64,000 nt of DNA. Source: Promethearchaeota archaeon. Its GTDB lineage: Archaea > Asgardarchaeota > Lokiarchaeia > Sigyniarchaeales > SOKP01. Shown here one piece after another: positions 40,594 through 50,014 of the stretch; within the stretch, counting starts at the first letter, position 1; each line of letters opens with the position of its first letter. The DNA is taken from positions 160,001-224,000 of the forward strand of contig JAHPZE010000005.1 of the NCBI GenBank assembly GCA_019058365.1. The letters run 5' to 3'. The position numbers were made by a program, and so were the translations under genes. The notes beneath the pieces are model-generated. The model was not told where the DNA came from and searched no databases. It saw only the letters and a list, made by a program, of their open reading frames with translations.

Positions 40594-43401
40594 ATGTATA
40601 AATCATTCTGTCCATTTCCAACTGATAATTCTAAAGTCCTTATCGGAGATTCTGATGGTAAATTGTATATTGGTAAATTAAAAGATTTTTCAACAAAAAA
40701 CTTAACAGATCAAGAATTTTGGGAATGTTTAGTGGAACTAGAATCACCTGAGTTGATTCAACTTGATTATGTTAGTTCATCAATTCGAAATTTAATCAAA
40801 ATAAGCAATCATGAAATTGTTGGACATTCTTATATGGGAGATGTATTTCTATTTGATTGTCTTAACTATGAATTTTACCAGATAAGGAAGGGTTATGCTA
40901 GTTCAAGAAGCAATATGTATCAGATAGCGTCTGTTGATTCTAACCAATTTGTTACTTGTGGAAATTATGGAAGGTTTTGGTTTTTTAACAGAAGAAGTGA
41001 TGGATCTTGGGAAAGTACTTCTGTTAACTTTTCATCTCAACACGCTCATTTTGCTCTTGAAGTATACAATAAGGAATTAAAATCCTATATCATAAACAAT
41101 TATGTAGGTTCTACAAACCTTATGGATAATTCAGGTTCTGTTATTAAAAATCTAGGAACATTCGATAGCAATCTACAAAATTTAATAATTCAAGAAGATG
41201 TAATTGTTGCTGTTGATTATTTTGGTAATGCTCATTTATATTCAAAAAGTACATCAGGTGAGTTTATTTATAGAAAAATCCAGACTATTGATTGTGATTC
41301 AAAAACAGGAATTTATCCCCATATTGTTTTCATAAATGGCTTTTTTTTTGCAGCGTTTCCAAATTTTTTATGGAAATTTGACCCAGCATTAACTAGTATT
41401 CAAAAAATGGATATTTTTTGCCAAGACATTTGTGTTATTAATAATGAAGCTGTAATACTTACAAAAAATAGTATTATTTTAGTAAATTCAGATAAATTCT
41501 TTACACCAATAGATTTTATAAATTATGAATATATTACTATCGGTATTATTGGATATACAGATAGTGGGAAGTCAACATTTTGTTATCGTCTAATTTATAA
41601 TGAATATAAAGATGACCTTAGTACTACTTCAGGTACATTGACTTGGAATTTAGATTTAGATGATGATAAAAAAATATTCATTAAAGATATTCCAGGACAG
41701 CATGATGAGATTGGATTTTATTTTCCCAAATTAAAAAGATGTGATTTAGTAGTAGGAATGTGCAAAATTAAGGATTCTATTAAACCGTGGAGAGAAACTA
41801 TTGAAATGTGTGATACCATAAGAAAGAATTATGGTGTTAAGAACTTTATCTTTCTTAGATCTAAGAGTGATGATAAAGTAAAAGCACGAGAAGAAGCAAT
41901 TAAAGAAGAATTACAAAAATATAGATTCAATCCAAAATTATTGTTTGATGTTAGCGCGAAAGATAATACCGGTATAACTCAAGTTAAAGAAATCTTAAAG
42001 ACTCCATCTTTCTGGGAAAATAGCAAGATTTCGACTGAAAATAAAATAAAGACAAAATTAATGTTAAAAATTGGTGAAGTGAGAGCTTCAAAACAAAAAA
42101 TGATTAAACTTGAACATCTTAAAGTTCCAAATTATGAAGGTATCAATCCTAAATTATTAGAGAAAATAATTATTAAATTAGCTGAAGAAGATCAAATTTA
42201 TTATATTACAACTCAAAAGCAAATACTACTTGATACAGAGGAAATGGGAGAAGTTGAATCATATATTTTAAATTTATTTTCTGAAGGTGAGGGTTTATAT
42301 CATGGAAAGAAACTTCAAGCATTATTAAAGGATTATTTTAATCTTATGGAAAAAAAAGAGTTAGATTACTATTATGATCAATTTATTAAATATTTACTTG
42401 ATGAAAATAAATTGACCGAAATACTTCCAGATATATATGTATTAAATGATAAGTTAAAAACAACTCTTGAGATTCCAGATGAACATTTATGCACTGAAAT
42501 TAAAATAGAAAAACCCATATTAGTATCAGAAATTATCGATAATTTTGTATCTAAAAATATGACTTTGAAAGATTTAAGTCAGAATAAAATATTATTCACA
42601 GATTCTTCAGAGAACGGTATGATTTTCATTGATTTACCAGAAATAAGTGAGTTTAATAAAAATTTTGCATGCAAACACTTAAAAGTCTTTTTTAAATACT
42701 CTAATGAAGTAGAAAACGCATTCATATTTTTCTATGAAAACATAAGAAGTCATATTTTAACAGCATTACCTAGAATTTTGAATTTTGAAAATAAATCTGG
42801 AACTCCGATTGAAAATTGCTTAGAACTATTTCATTACGTTAATGAAGCACCAAATATTGATTTTAAGACTATTATAAATTATAAGAAAGGTAAAAAAGGA
42901 GTTCACACAGCAATTCAGAAGGAGATTATAAAGGATATAATTGCATTAGGTAATTCCTCATTTTACTTTAATAACATTTCATATTATATAATTGGGGTCA
43001 AAGAAAAAGACGGAAAGTTTAAAAATTTACAAAATATTGAGAATCAAGACACCATTTTTCAGCAAATCGCATTTTTATGTAGGAAATATATTCAGGTAGG
43101 TTTTAATTTAAACCATATTCAAATTAAGGTTTATGAACTCTATAAAATGATTGATAATGGGAAAATAGACTTAGAAATTCCCTTTAGTGAATCGCAAAAA
43201 AAAAATACGTGTAAAGATAAATTATTTATAATTCAAATTACTCGAGAAACAAATGCGTGTCTAGAACTTAGAGAAGAGCTGAATTGGAGAAATTCTAAAG
43301 GTTTTATAAACCATATATCAAAAGGTACTAGTTGGATCAGAATTGGAAGTCATACATTTGGACTATTGAATGAAGAAAGAAAGACCTTATTATTAAATTA
43401 G
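40594..43401 (+). CDS. Beta-propeller / Roc-like small GTPase / winged-helix (COR-like) / Schlafen AlbA_2 fusion protein
   Basis: WD40-like blades aa ~1-300; G1 GYTDSGKS, G2 T, G3 DIPGQ, G4 SKSD, G5 SAK at aa ~313-470; EAPNIDFK..KDIIALGNS..YIIGVKE from aa ~750. Confidence 0.8.
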   Translation: MYKSFCPFPTDNSKVLIGDSDGKLYIGKLKDFSTKNLTDQEFWECLVELESPELIQLDYVSSSIRNLIKISNHEIVGHSYMGDVFLFDCLNYEFYQIRKGYASSRSNMYQIASVDSNQFVTCGNYGRFWFFNRRSDGSWESTSVNFSSQHAHFALEVYNKELKSYIINNYVGSTNLMDNSGSVIKNLGTFDSNLQNLIIQEDVIVAVDYFGNAHLYSKSTSGEFIYRKIQTIDCDSKTGIYPHIVFINGFFFAAFPNFLWKFDPALTSIQKMDIFCQDICVINNEAVILTKNSIILVNSDKFFTPIDFINYEYITIGIIGYTDSGKSTFCYRLIYNEYKDDLSTTSGTLTWNLDLDDDKKIFIKDIPGQHDEIGFYFPKLKRCDLVVGMCKIKDSIKPWRETIEMCDTIRKNYGVKNFIFLRSKSDDKVKAREEAIKEELQKYRFNPKLLFDVSAKDNTGITQVKEILKTPSFWENSKISTENKIKTKLMLKIGEVRASKQKMIKLEHLKVPNYEGINPKLLEKIIIKLAEEDQIYYITTQKQILLDTEEMGEVESYILNLFSEGEGLYHGKKLQALLKDYFNLMEKKELDYYYDQFIKYLLDENKLTEILPDIYVLNDKLKTTLEIPDEHLCTEIKIEKPILVSEIIDNFVSKNMTLKDLSQNKILFTDSSENGMIFIDLPEISEFNKNFACKHLKVFFKYSNEVENAFIFFYENIRSHILTALPRILNFENKSGTPIENCLELFHYVNEAPNIDFKTIINYKKGKKGVHTAIQKEIIKDIIALGNSSFYFNNISYYIIGVKEKDGKFKNLQNIENQDTIFQQIAFLCRKYIQVGFNLNHIQIKVYELYKMIDNGKIDLEIPFSESQKKNTCKDKLFIIQITRETNACLELREELNWRNSKGFINHISKGTSWIRIGSHTFGLLNEERKTLLLN

Positions 43402-43680
43402 CTTAGCAATCATTTTTTTCTTTATTTTAAATCCTATAAATAAATAACCTACTTATTATATTTCTATTATTCTCCTCCCCTGTAATGACTCCTCCTAAAG
43501 ACATTAATGAATAGGAATTTCAAATTTTTGAAAATTAATATCTTTGTTTCTTCTTAATATCCTTTTAGGTGGAATCTTTTTTAAAATTGGGTGAAATCTT
43601 GTATGAAAATGTAAAATTTCTTTTCAAAATTTTTATATTTTTTTTTAACCTCTTAATTATTCTATAGGATAATAATCAGA

Positions 43681-44970
43681 TTACAGAATATCAGGATTTT
43701 TTTTTGGAATATCTTTAATCATCATCTGCTTTACAATTGTGAACAATTGTGGAGATATCTCAACTAATTGTTCTACTTTTTGCTTTAAATTTTTTATTTC
43801 TTTTTTCAATTCTTTATTTTCTTCTTTAATTTCATCAATTTTATATGGTTGGGCTAATAACTCAATACCAATCTCTTTTTTGTTTCCTTCTTTAATATTA
43901 TTACCACATTTCCAGCAAAAGAGATTTTCTTGAGCGTTCTCAGTTTTACATATTGAACAGAGTTTAGGTTTCTTTTCTTTTCTTTTTTTGCTTTCTTTCT
44001 TTTCAATATAATCTGGAGCTAACACTTCCTCTAAATCAGAATCATCTAAATGGAAATAGGTCTCAGGCATATTAGAGCCTCCTGTCCATCCCGCGAATTT
44101 TCTAATCTGTGGCTCGTTTAATTTAGTTAATGCTAATTCTGTTAATCTAGAATGCCTAAATAGGTGTGGATAAAGTTTCTTACCGTTCCATTTTTTAGGA
44201 TGATTCTTAGCTATCTTATTTCCTACATATAGCAAATGTGAATTTAATGTATTATCGTTTTTATAATTGAAAAGTTTATCATTTGGTTTAAATTCACTTC
44301 TACTAAGATACTCTCGTATATATGGCAAACTCTCGTATAAAGGAATGTCTCTTTTCTTCGTCATTGATTCTGATATTTTTAAAATTCCATAATCTCCTTT
44401 AATTTCTATATCCTTCTTTTTTATATTAAGAACTTCACCTTTTCGTAAAGCCCCTTCATACATTATCATAAGCAATGTCCTTAATTTAATGCCACAATTT
44501 TTTAAAATAAGATCTAATTCATCTCGAGATATTAAATCAACTTTGCTTATTTGCTTCCTTTTAATCTTAATTCTATTTGGAATAAAATCAATTAAATCTT
44601 CTCTGTTAGAAAATTGTAAGTAAGTCTTAATTCTACTAAGAAAATTCTTTTGGGTTGATTTTGATAAATTTTTCCACCATCTACAATTAAAAAGCTCTTT
44701 AGTTTCTTTCTCTGTTAACAATCTTATATTAGAATGCTTCAATCGAAATTTATCATCATGTGGTGTTTTGTTGTTTCTTTGTTCATTTGATTCAAATAAT
44801 TTACTGATTGAAGCTAAATGATTATAAATAGTACTTTCTGAAAGTCCATATAGTTGTTTCAAGTAATAGTTTTCAATATTACTTTCTTTAGATGCTAGTA
44901 AGTTTCTATAGAATTCAATTTCTTTATATAAAATTAAATTATTCATAATCATATTATTTAAATAAAACAT
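43681..44970 (-). CDS. Tyrosine recombinase/integrase with C-terminal Zn ribbon and coiled coil
   Basis: YEGALRKGEV (R), HLFRHS (HxxR), AGW, ETYFH (Y); CSIC...CWKC; true start may be a few codons downstream. Confidence 0.93.
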   Translation of the reverse strand: MFYLNNMIMNNLILYKEIEFYRNLLASKESNIENYYLKQLYGLSESTIYNHLASISKLFESNEQRNNKTPHDDKFRLKHSNIRLLTEKETKELFNCRWWKNLSKSTQKNFLSRIKTYLQFSNREDLIDFIPNRIKIKRKQISKVDLISRDELDLILKNCGIKLRTLLMIMYEGALRKGEVLNIKKKDIEIKGDYGILKISESMTKKRDIPLYESLPYIREYLSRSEFKPNDKLFNYKNDNTLNSHLLYVGNKIAKNHPKKWNGKKLYPHLFRHSRLTELALTKLNEPQIRKFAGWTGGSNMPETYFHLDDSDLEEVLAPDYIEKKESKKRKEKKPKLCSICKTENAQENLFCWKCGNNIKEGNKKEIGIELLAQPYKIDEIKEENKELKKEIKNLKQKVEQLVEISPQLFTIVKQMMIKDIPKKNPDIL

Positions 44971-44977
44971 AATATTT

Positions 44978-45004
44978 ATAATTATATGAAAATTTCAATA
45001 ATTA
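44978..45004 (-). repeat. Right terminal quasi-palindromic site of the integrated element
   Basis: ATAATTATATGAAAATTTCAATAATTA; inverted relative to 31023-31049. Confidence 0.55.
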
Positions 45005-45046
45005 TTAATTAATAATAATAAATCTTCTTAATTCTTTCTATTTTAA

Positions 45047-45634
45047 TTGAATATGATTGAATCTACAAATTTCAGGCAAATTAATGAAATCGAGAAAGAA
45101 ATCATATCTAAATCGTTATCTAAAATTTCTCCTAAAATTATGCAAATTTTAATAAGATCTAAGAAAAAGTTATATATTTCACTAATCGAGTCAAATTTGA
45201 AAACAAATTACCCTACTATTTACTTGATATCCAATGAATCTTTAAACCGATTAGATTTAATTGAATTTAAAACTAAGATTTATTCAGCGGGGTTATACTT
45301 TGGGTTCATAAAAAAGGGAGATTTTTATTTTAGCTTAGAAGGTGCAGAATTTCTATACAAACAAGGAATTTTTTCTGAATTTAAACGTCTACATCTAAAT
45401 ATTAAGGGAGAAAAATCAGTTTTATATGGAAACAATATTTTAAAGAATATGGTTATTAAGACGCCCTCTAATCTACAAAAAGGGGATTTCTTATTAATTT
45501 TTAACAATATGAACGAAATTCTAGCTATAGCACAATCTAAAGTTGATAGCATAGTTATACAACATCTTAAACCTAATGATATTATTGCTTTTACTTTAAA
45601 CGATAAGGGTATCTATTTGAGAGAAAAGCAATGA
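45047..45634 (+). CDS. nip7: NIP7-like ribosome biogenesis protein (PUA domain)
   Basis: IYSAGLYFGFI..F.FSLEGAEFL, EKSVLYGNNI, DKGIYLRE. Confidence 0.8.
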   Translation: MNMIESTNFRQINEIEKEIISKSLSKISPKIMQILIRSKKKLYISLIESNLKTNYPTIYLISNESLNRLDLIEFKTKIYSAGLYFGFIKKGDFYFSLEGAEFLYKQGIFSEFKRLHLNIKGEKSVLYGNNILKNMVIKTPSNLQKGDFLLIFNNMNEILAIAQSKVDSIVIQHLKPNDIIAFTLNDKGIYLREKQ

Positions 45635-45910
45635 ATAAAAAAAATAGATTTCTTGTTTATTTATTAAATATTATAAAAGGGAGGATTTCACCCACTAATA
45701 CTCCCTTTCAACCTTTAATAATATTAGTATATGAATTTTTTTATCTTCTGTATATTTAAAATTAATAGGACCAAATTTCTACAAAATTTTCATATAAAAA
45801 AATACCAATTATTTCAAAATCTCGATTTGGATAGAATAGTAGCTCAAAATCTTGTCGATATAGGTTGTTATCTTAGGGATCATCAGTGATAAATGAAAAA
45901 CGGAAAAATT

Positions 45911-47239
45911 TTAAAGCTCCTCTTTAGGTTCATAGTTCAAAGATTTAGGATCTTCAGAGTTTATTTCTTTCATTTCATTTTCTAACTCATTATACAGTGA
46001 AAAAAACTCTGTACTCACATTTATAGGAGATTTCTGCAACTCTGTTTTAATAAAATTATACTCCATCTCATCGAGGAAAATCTCTTTAAAAGCACTTTCT
46101 AACTCTAAAGGTATTTTTGCATATTCTCCCGATAGATTTAAGGTTTGCTTTTTACTAGTAATCATCTTGCTTGGAAAATTTGAGAAGTATTTTTCTATCA
46201 ATTCATAGGCAGAATCATATTTTTCCCTATCTATACATGATTCCTTTAACTCCTTTTCGAAATTCGTTTGAAACTCTTTTGAAAATCCAACAACAGATTC
46301 TCTTAATAATTTAGATGATTTAGACGAAACTAAACCAACAGAGATCAATTCAGACTCATATAATATAATGATACCTTCTTCTAATTTGATATCCAATAAC
46401 CCACCCATATTTATAACTTCTTTGCTCATAAGTTGCACAGCATTCAGAAATCCTGTAAAAATTGATTCACTTAAGCTAGAACGAAACCAATCATGACAGA
46501 ATAATGGATTTCCTTTTTGATCTCTTACAACAATCCTATTTACTGTAAATGGTAAAATGTAAAGGAGTTTAGGCTCTTTTAATATTCCTAAACACACAAC
46601 TAAGTTTCCTAAACCGGTAGTTCCATAAGCAAATAGAATATAAATTGGATTCCAATAATAGAAAAGGTATATAATTAAAGTTAAAGGGCCATTTATTATA
46701 GTTCCTATAAAAAATATGAGCGCATTTCTTTTTATCAAAAATGGAGCATTCAACCAAGTTTTTAATCCCCAATAAAACGATGCACTACCAACAAAGAATA
46801 TAAAAAATGAACCCCCCAATTCATATAATCCCATCCAATTCATATTTAAATATCCTCCCTCAATTTCAATTCCGACAGCTCCAGGTTGAAATGCGAGGTA
46901 ATAATATAAAACACCTAAACCAACTGCTATAACTAAGAAAGGTGAATTAGATGTTTCTTTAATCGTGTAATTGATCCCAATCGCAAAAAACATTGCACTA
47001 GGAAATAGCATAAGGCCACAAATCCGAGAAAGTAGTGTGTTTAAAAAAAGATTTGCTAGCAAGTCAAAAGTAAAGAGCATGCCCATAAAAAAGAGAGCTA
47101 ATCTAATATAAGATAAAGATCTTACTTTCTTTGTTCTCGGAGTAATGTACATTAATAGAGTAGCTATTAGGATAATTACACTCGTGAAGATTTCAACAAT
47201 TACTTCAGGCGTCCAATTTAATATCATATTCCCTTTCAC
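45911..47239 (-). CDS. Seven-TM membrane protein with cytoplasmic longin-like domain
   Basis: Seven hydrophobic segments in aa ~10-222, then RIVVRDQKGNPLF...IFTGFLNAVQLMSKEV...SVGLVSSK. Confidence 0.65.
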   Translation of the reverse strand: MKGNMILNWTPEVIVEIFTSVIILIATLLMYITPRTKKVRSLSYIRLALFFMGMLFTFDLLANLFLNTLLSRICGLMLFPSAMFFAIGINYTIKETSNSPFLVIAVGLGVLYYYLAFQPGAVGIEIEGGYLNMNWMGLYELGGSFFIFFVGSASFYWGLKTWLNAPFLIKRNALIFFIGTIINGPLTLIIYLFYYWNPIYILFAYGTTGLGNLVVCLGILKEPKLLYILPFTVNRIVVRDQKGNPLFCHDWFRSSLSESIFTGFLNAVQLMSKEVINMGGLLDIKLEEGIIILYESELISVGLVSSKSSKLLRESVVGFSKEFQTNFEKELKESCIDREKYDSAYELIEKYFSNFPSKMITSKKQTLNLSGEYAKIPLELESAFKEIFLDEMEYNFIKTELQKSPINVSTEFFSLYNELENEMKEINSEDPKSLNYEPKEEL

Positions 47240-47263
47240 ATTATTAATTAATTTAAATCAATT

Positions 47264-48181
47264 TTAATTTAAACTTATTTTGGTATTATTTAATATATTA
47301 ATAATATCCTCTTGTTTATGAGGGTTTAAATAAACCTCTTTACTTAGATCTTCTCTAGAGCAAATTAAATCGTATTTAATTAAACTTTTTAGTCTGTAAT
47401 TGACTAATTCTCGTTTCTCATCTATTAATTTAAAAATTTCTGAATTTTTAATTGAATTTTGTGTTGTTAATAAGTCTATAATTTTCCTATTTATCTCATC
47501 TCTTAATAAAAAACTAATTATTCCTAACTCAACTTCCATCTCAATGGGAAGAAACACTGTATAATTTCCTACTTTAATTTTATTGATATAATTAAATTTT
47601 AATAACATCTCTAAATGCCATACTAATTGTCCTGAACTTCCTGAATCAGCAGATAACGCCTTCTTTCTTAAAATTGAAAAGTGTATACCAGGATTCACCC
47701 TAATATAATTATAAATCCCTCTTCTAGTAGGATTTGAAAGAACAGTTTCCCTTGAAAACTTTGAACCTTCAACCAAGATTTTTTTATTTATTAAAAATTG
47801 TATTATAAATAAGAGTCCAGTTCTAGGTAATTTCAATCTTTTTTTTGCTATATTGTAGAGAGTTTCCACATCTAATATTTTGTTTTTTTTCATAATCTCC
47901 TCAGCTATCCCTATAACACTCTTCACACTAGGATGCTCTAATCCTATAGGCTTAGATGTAATCTGGGGTTTCATAATAGAGATAACCAAATGTATTATTT
48001 GATTGAGTCTTACGCAGTATTCTTGAAATTCAGGGGTTTCAAGAATTTCAAGTTTTAATAATTTCCTAATATTGGCGTCTTTTATACTTCTGTTAAGAAT
48101 TCTATAAAGATTGCTACTTAATAAATATAGACATAAAACATCACTGAAAACATGTAAATTAGAAATAACTCTTAACTTCAT
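47264..48181 (-). CDS. Multi-winged-helix transcriptional regulator (true start probably MKPQ near 47973)
   Basis: NPTRRGIYNYIRVNPGIHFS...QLVWHLEML; second wHTH LVNYRLKSL. Confidence 0.78.
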   Translation of the reverse strand: MKLRVISNLHVFSDVLCLYLLSSNLYRILNRSIKDANIRKLLKLEILETPEFQEYCVRLNQIIHLVISIMKPQITSKPIGLEHPSVKSVIGIAEEIMKKNKILDVETLYNIAKKRLKLPRTGLLFIIQFLINKKILVEGSKFSRETVLSNPTRRGIYNYIRVNPGIHFSILRKKALSADSGSSGQLVWHLEMLLKFNYINKIKVGNYTVFLPIEMEVELGIISFLLRDEINRKIIDLLTTQNSIKNSEIFKLIDEKRELVNYRLKSLIKYDLICSREDLSKEVYLNPHKQEDIINILNNTKISLN

Positions 48182-48226
48182 TGTTTATTAGACTCAAAAT
48201 AACAAGGAGGATTCCTTTAAAACTGC

Positions 48227-48249
48227 AATTTACAAATTATTTGTAATTT
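48227..48249. promoter_or_regulatory. Palindromic putative operator upstream of the wHTH gene
   Basis: TTACAAAT-T-ATTTGTAA at 48230-48246, just downstream of a minus-strand TTTATA box. Confidence 0.45.
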
Positions 48250-48293
48250 ATTTTATCCTATAAATTCATATAGACCAAATTTCACTAAATGTA

Positions 48294-49199
48294 TCAGTCT
48301 TCCTTTTTAATAAGACAGAAATAAAAACCTATGGTATCATGAAGGTGAGGATACAAACGTTGTGAGAACTTTAAATCTTCTAATAAATCAACTCCAAAAA
48401 CGTTAGTTAATCCTCTCATGCCGTAATTTTTAGAAATTTCAATAATATCAAAACCATTGAACTTGTTCAATATTTCATTAATAACTAACTCATTTTCTTC
48501 GGGGGCAATAGTACATGTACAATATAAAAGCATCCCTCCTGAATTTAATGCTTTCAATCCTGCAGTTAATAATCTTTTTTGAATTAAAGACATTTTTTCA
48601 ATATCTTTCATTTGTTTACTTTTTTTCCTACTTGGATCTTGTCTTATTAATCCTTCTCCTGTACATGGAGCATCTAATAGAATTTTATCGGCTTTAATAT
48701 TTAAATCTGATAAATTTATAGCATCCATATTAATTACAATTGAATTGGTAATTCCCATTCTTCTTAAATTAACTTCTAAAGCGGGAATTCGATTGGTATT
48801 TTTATCAATTAAAATAAGTATACCTTCATTTCCCATAAGTTGAGCTAAATGAGTTGATTTGCTTCCAGGAGCTGCACACATGTCAATTACTATATCATTT
48901 GGTTTAGGATCGAGAATAATAGCTGAAAACATTGAAGCTACATTTTGTAAATAATAATAACCTTGTAGAAATTCATGAGAAGATCCTAAATTGGAACCTT
49001 CTTTAACAACATTAAACCCATAAGGAATCCATTCAATTGATTCTAACTCGTTTCCTTTCTTTTCGAGGCGCTTTTTTAAATCTAAAACGGATATTTTTAT
49101 AGTATTAACTCTTATCGAGAGCTTTAACGGAAGTTCATTTGCTTCTAATAATTTTATTGTTTCATCTATTCCTAAAAATTGGATATACCTATCTATCAT
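48294..49199 (-). CDS. NOL1/NOP2/Sun RNA m5C methyltransferase
   Basis: IRVNTIK, GYYYLQ, DMCAAPGSK, LLDAPCTGEG, YCTCTIAPEENE, GFYFC. Confidence 0.95.
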   Translation of the reverse strand: MIDRYIQFLGIDETIKLLEANELPLKLSIRVNTIKISVLDLKKRLEKKGNELESIEWIPYGFNVVKEGSNLGSSHEFLQGYYYLQNVASMFSAIILDPKPNDIVIDMCAAPGSKSTHLAQLMGNEGILILIDKNTNRIPALEVNLRRMGITNSIVINMDAINLSDLNIKADKILLDAPCTGEGLIRQDPSRKKSKQMKDIEKMSLIQKRLLTAGLKALNSGGMLLYCTCTIAPEENELVINEILNKFNGFDIIEISKNYGMRGLTNVFGVDLLEDLKFSQRLYPHLHDTIGFYFCLIKKED

Positions 49200-49341
49200 A
49201 TAAGGTAAATAGTTATATTTTCCAGCGAGTCTTCTAATAATATTAAGCGATTCTGAAATAATTATTTCAACTCGAGTTTAATCCATTAATACTAATAAAA
49301 AATAGTTAATTATATTTATTATCAGAAATGAAAAAAATAGT

Positions 49342-49941
49342 ATGATTGAAGTAGAAATTAAAGTTAGAATTTCAGATCCAGCAATAATTAGAAAAAAATT
49401 CGAAGAAAATAAAAGTATATATAAAGTATCATTATTACATGAAGATACCTATTTTAATATGCCAAAAGGATTAAGAGATTTTAAAGAAACAGATGAAGCT
49501 TTAAGATTAAGGAAATCTATTGAATTTAATAAAATTAAGGAAGCTAATAAACAGATAATTAACTATTACATTACTTATAAAGGCAAAAAATTAGATAATT
49601 CTACAAAAACTCGTGAAGAGATAGATATTAAGATTGAAGATATTGAAAGAATGAAGATTTTATTGAAAGAACTAGGTTTCCAAGAGATTCTTACTGTTAA
49701 AAAGGAAAGAGAACTATATGAATTTGAATTTAAAACCTATCATATTGAAGCTTTAATAGATTATTTGCCAATTTTAGACCAATATTATATAGAAATTGAA
49801 TGTTTGTTGAATACTTCTCAAAATATTGAAGCCTCTAAAGAAGTTTTATTCGATTTTTTGAGTTTATTTGGAATTAAAAAGGAAGAATCAATACGAAAAT
49901 CATATTTAGAACTAATTGCTGACAACTTAAAAACAATTTAA
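49342..49941 (+). CDS. cyaB: CYTH-domain protein (class IV adenylate cyclase-like)
   Basis: IEVEIK, DTYFN, EALRLR, TYKG, REE, VKKER, EIE, SYLEL. Confidence 0.9.
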   Translation: MIEVEIKVRISDPAIIRKKFEENKSIYKVSLLHEDTYFNMPKGLRDFKETDEALRLRKSIEFNKIKEANKQIINYYITYKGKKLDNSTKTREEIDIKIEDIERMKILLKELGFQEILTVKKERELYEFEFKTYHIEALIDYLPILDQYYIEIECLLNTSQNIEASKEVLFDFLSLFGIKKEESIRKSYLELIADNLKTI

Positions 49942-49946
49942 AGAAA

Positions 49947-49978
49947 AATTGAGTATATTCATAAGAATATACTCAATT
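49947..49978. terminator. Perfect 14-bp inverted repeat between convergent genes
   Basis: AATTGAGTATATTC-ATAA-GAATATACTCAATT. Confidence 0.5.
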
Positions 49979-50014
49979 AGGAAATGGAAAAGATATAATC
50001 TTGATTTTTAGTTT

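Larger units (their letters stand above)
31036..44991. mobile_element. ~14-kb tyrosine-integrase element (decayed provirus/plasmid-like defence island)
   Basis: Terminal integrase, two RHH genes, many short or broken ORFs, low coding density, defence-type cargo; interrupts core genes between vps22/36 and nip7; boundaries inferred from the inverted sites. Confidence 0.8.

Noticed and set aside
45676-45708. AAAGGGAG...CTCCCTTT hairpin as an ncRNA
   Set aside because: It lies between convergent genes and is adequately explained as a terminator-like structure.
45769-48283. GACCAAATTTC 11-bp direct repeat (45769-45779 and 48273-48283) flanking the 7TM/wHTH pair
   Set aside because: Too short to separate from chance or a shared promoter element; no mobility gene nearby.
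49200-49286. Upstream extension of the NOP2 gene (ATG GAT TAA then about 26 open codons)
   Set aside because: Could be a non-canonical start, a point error or neutral variation; catalytic motifs are intact, so no pseudogene is called.
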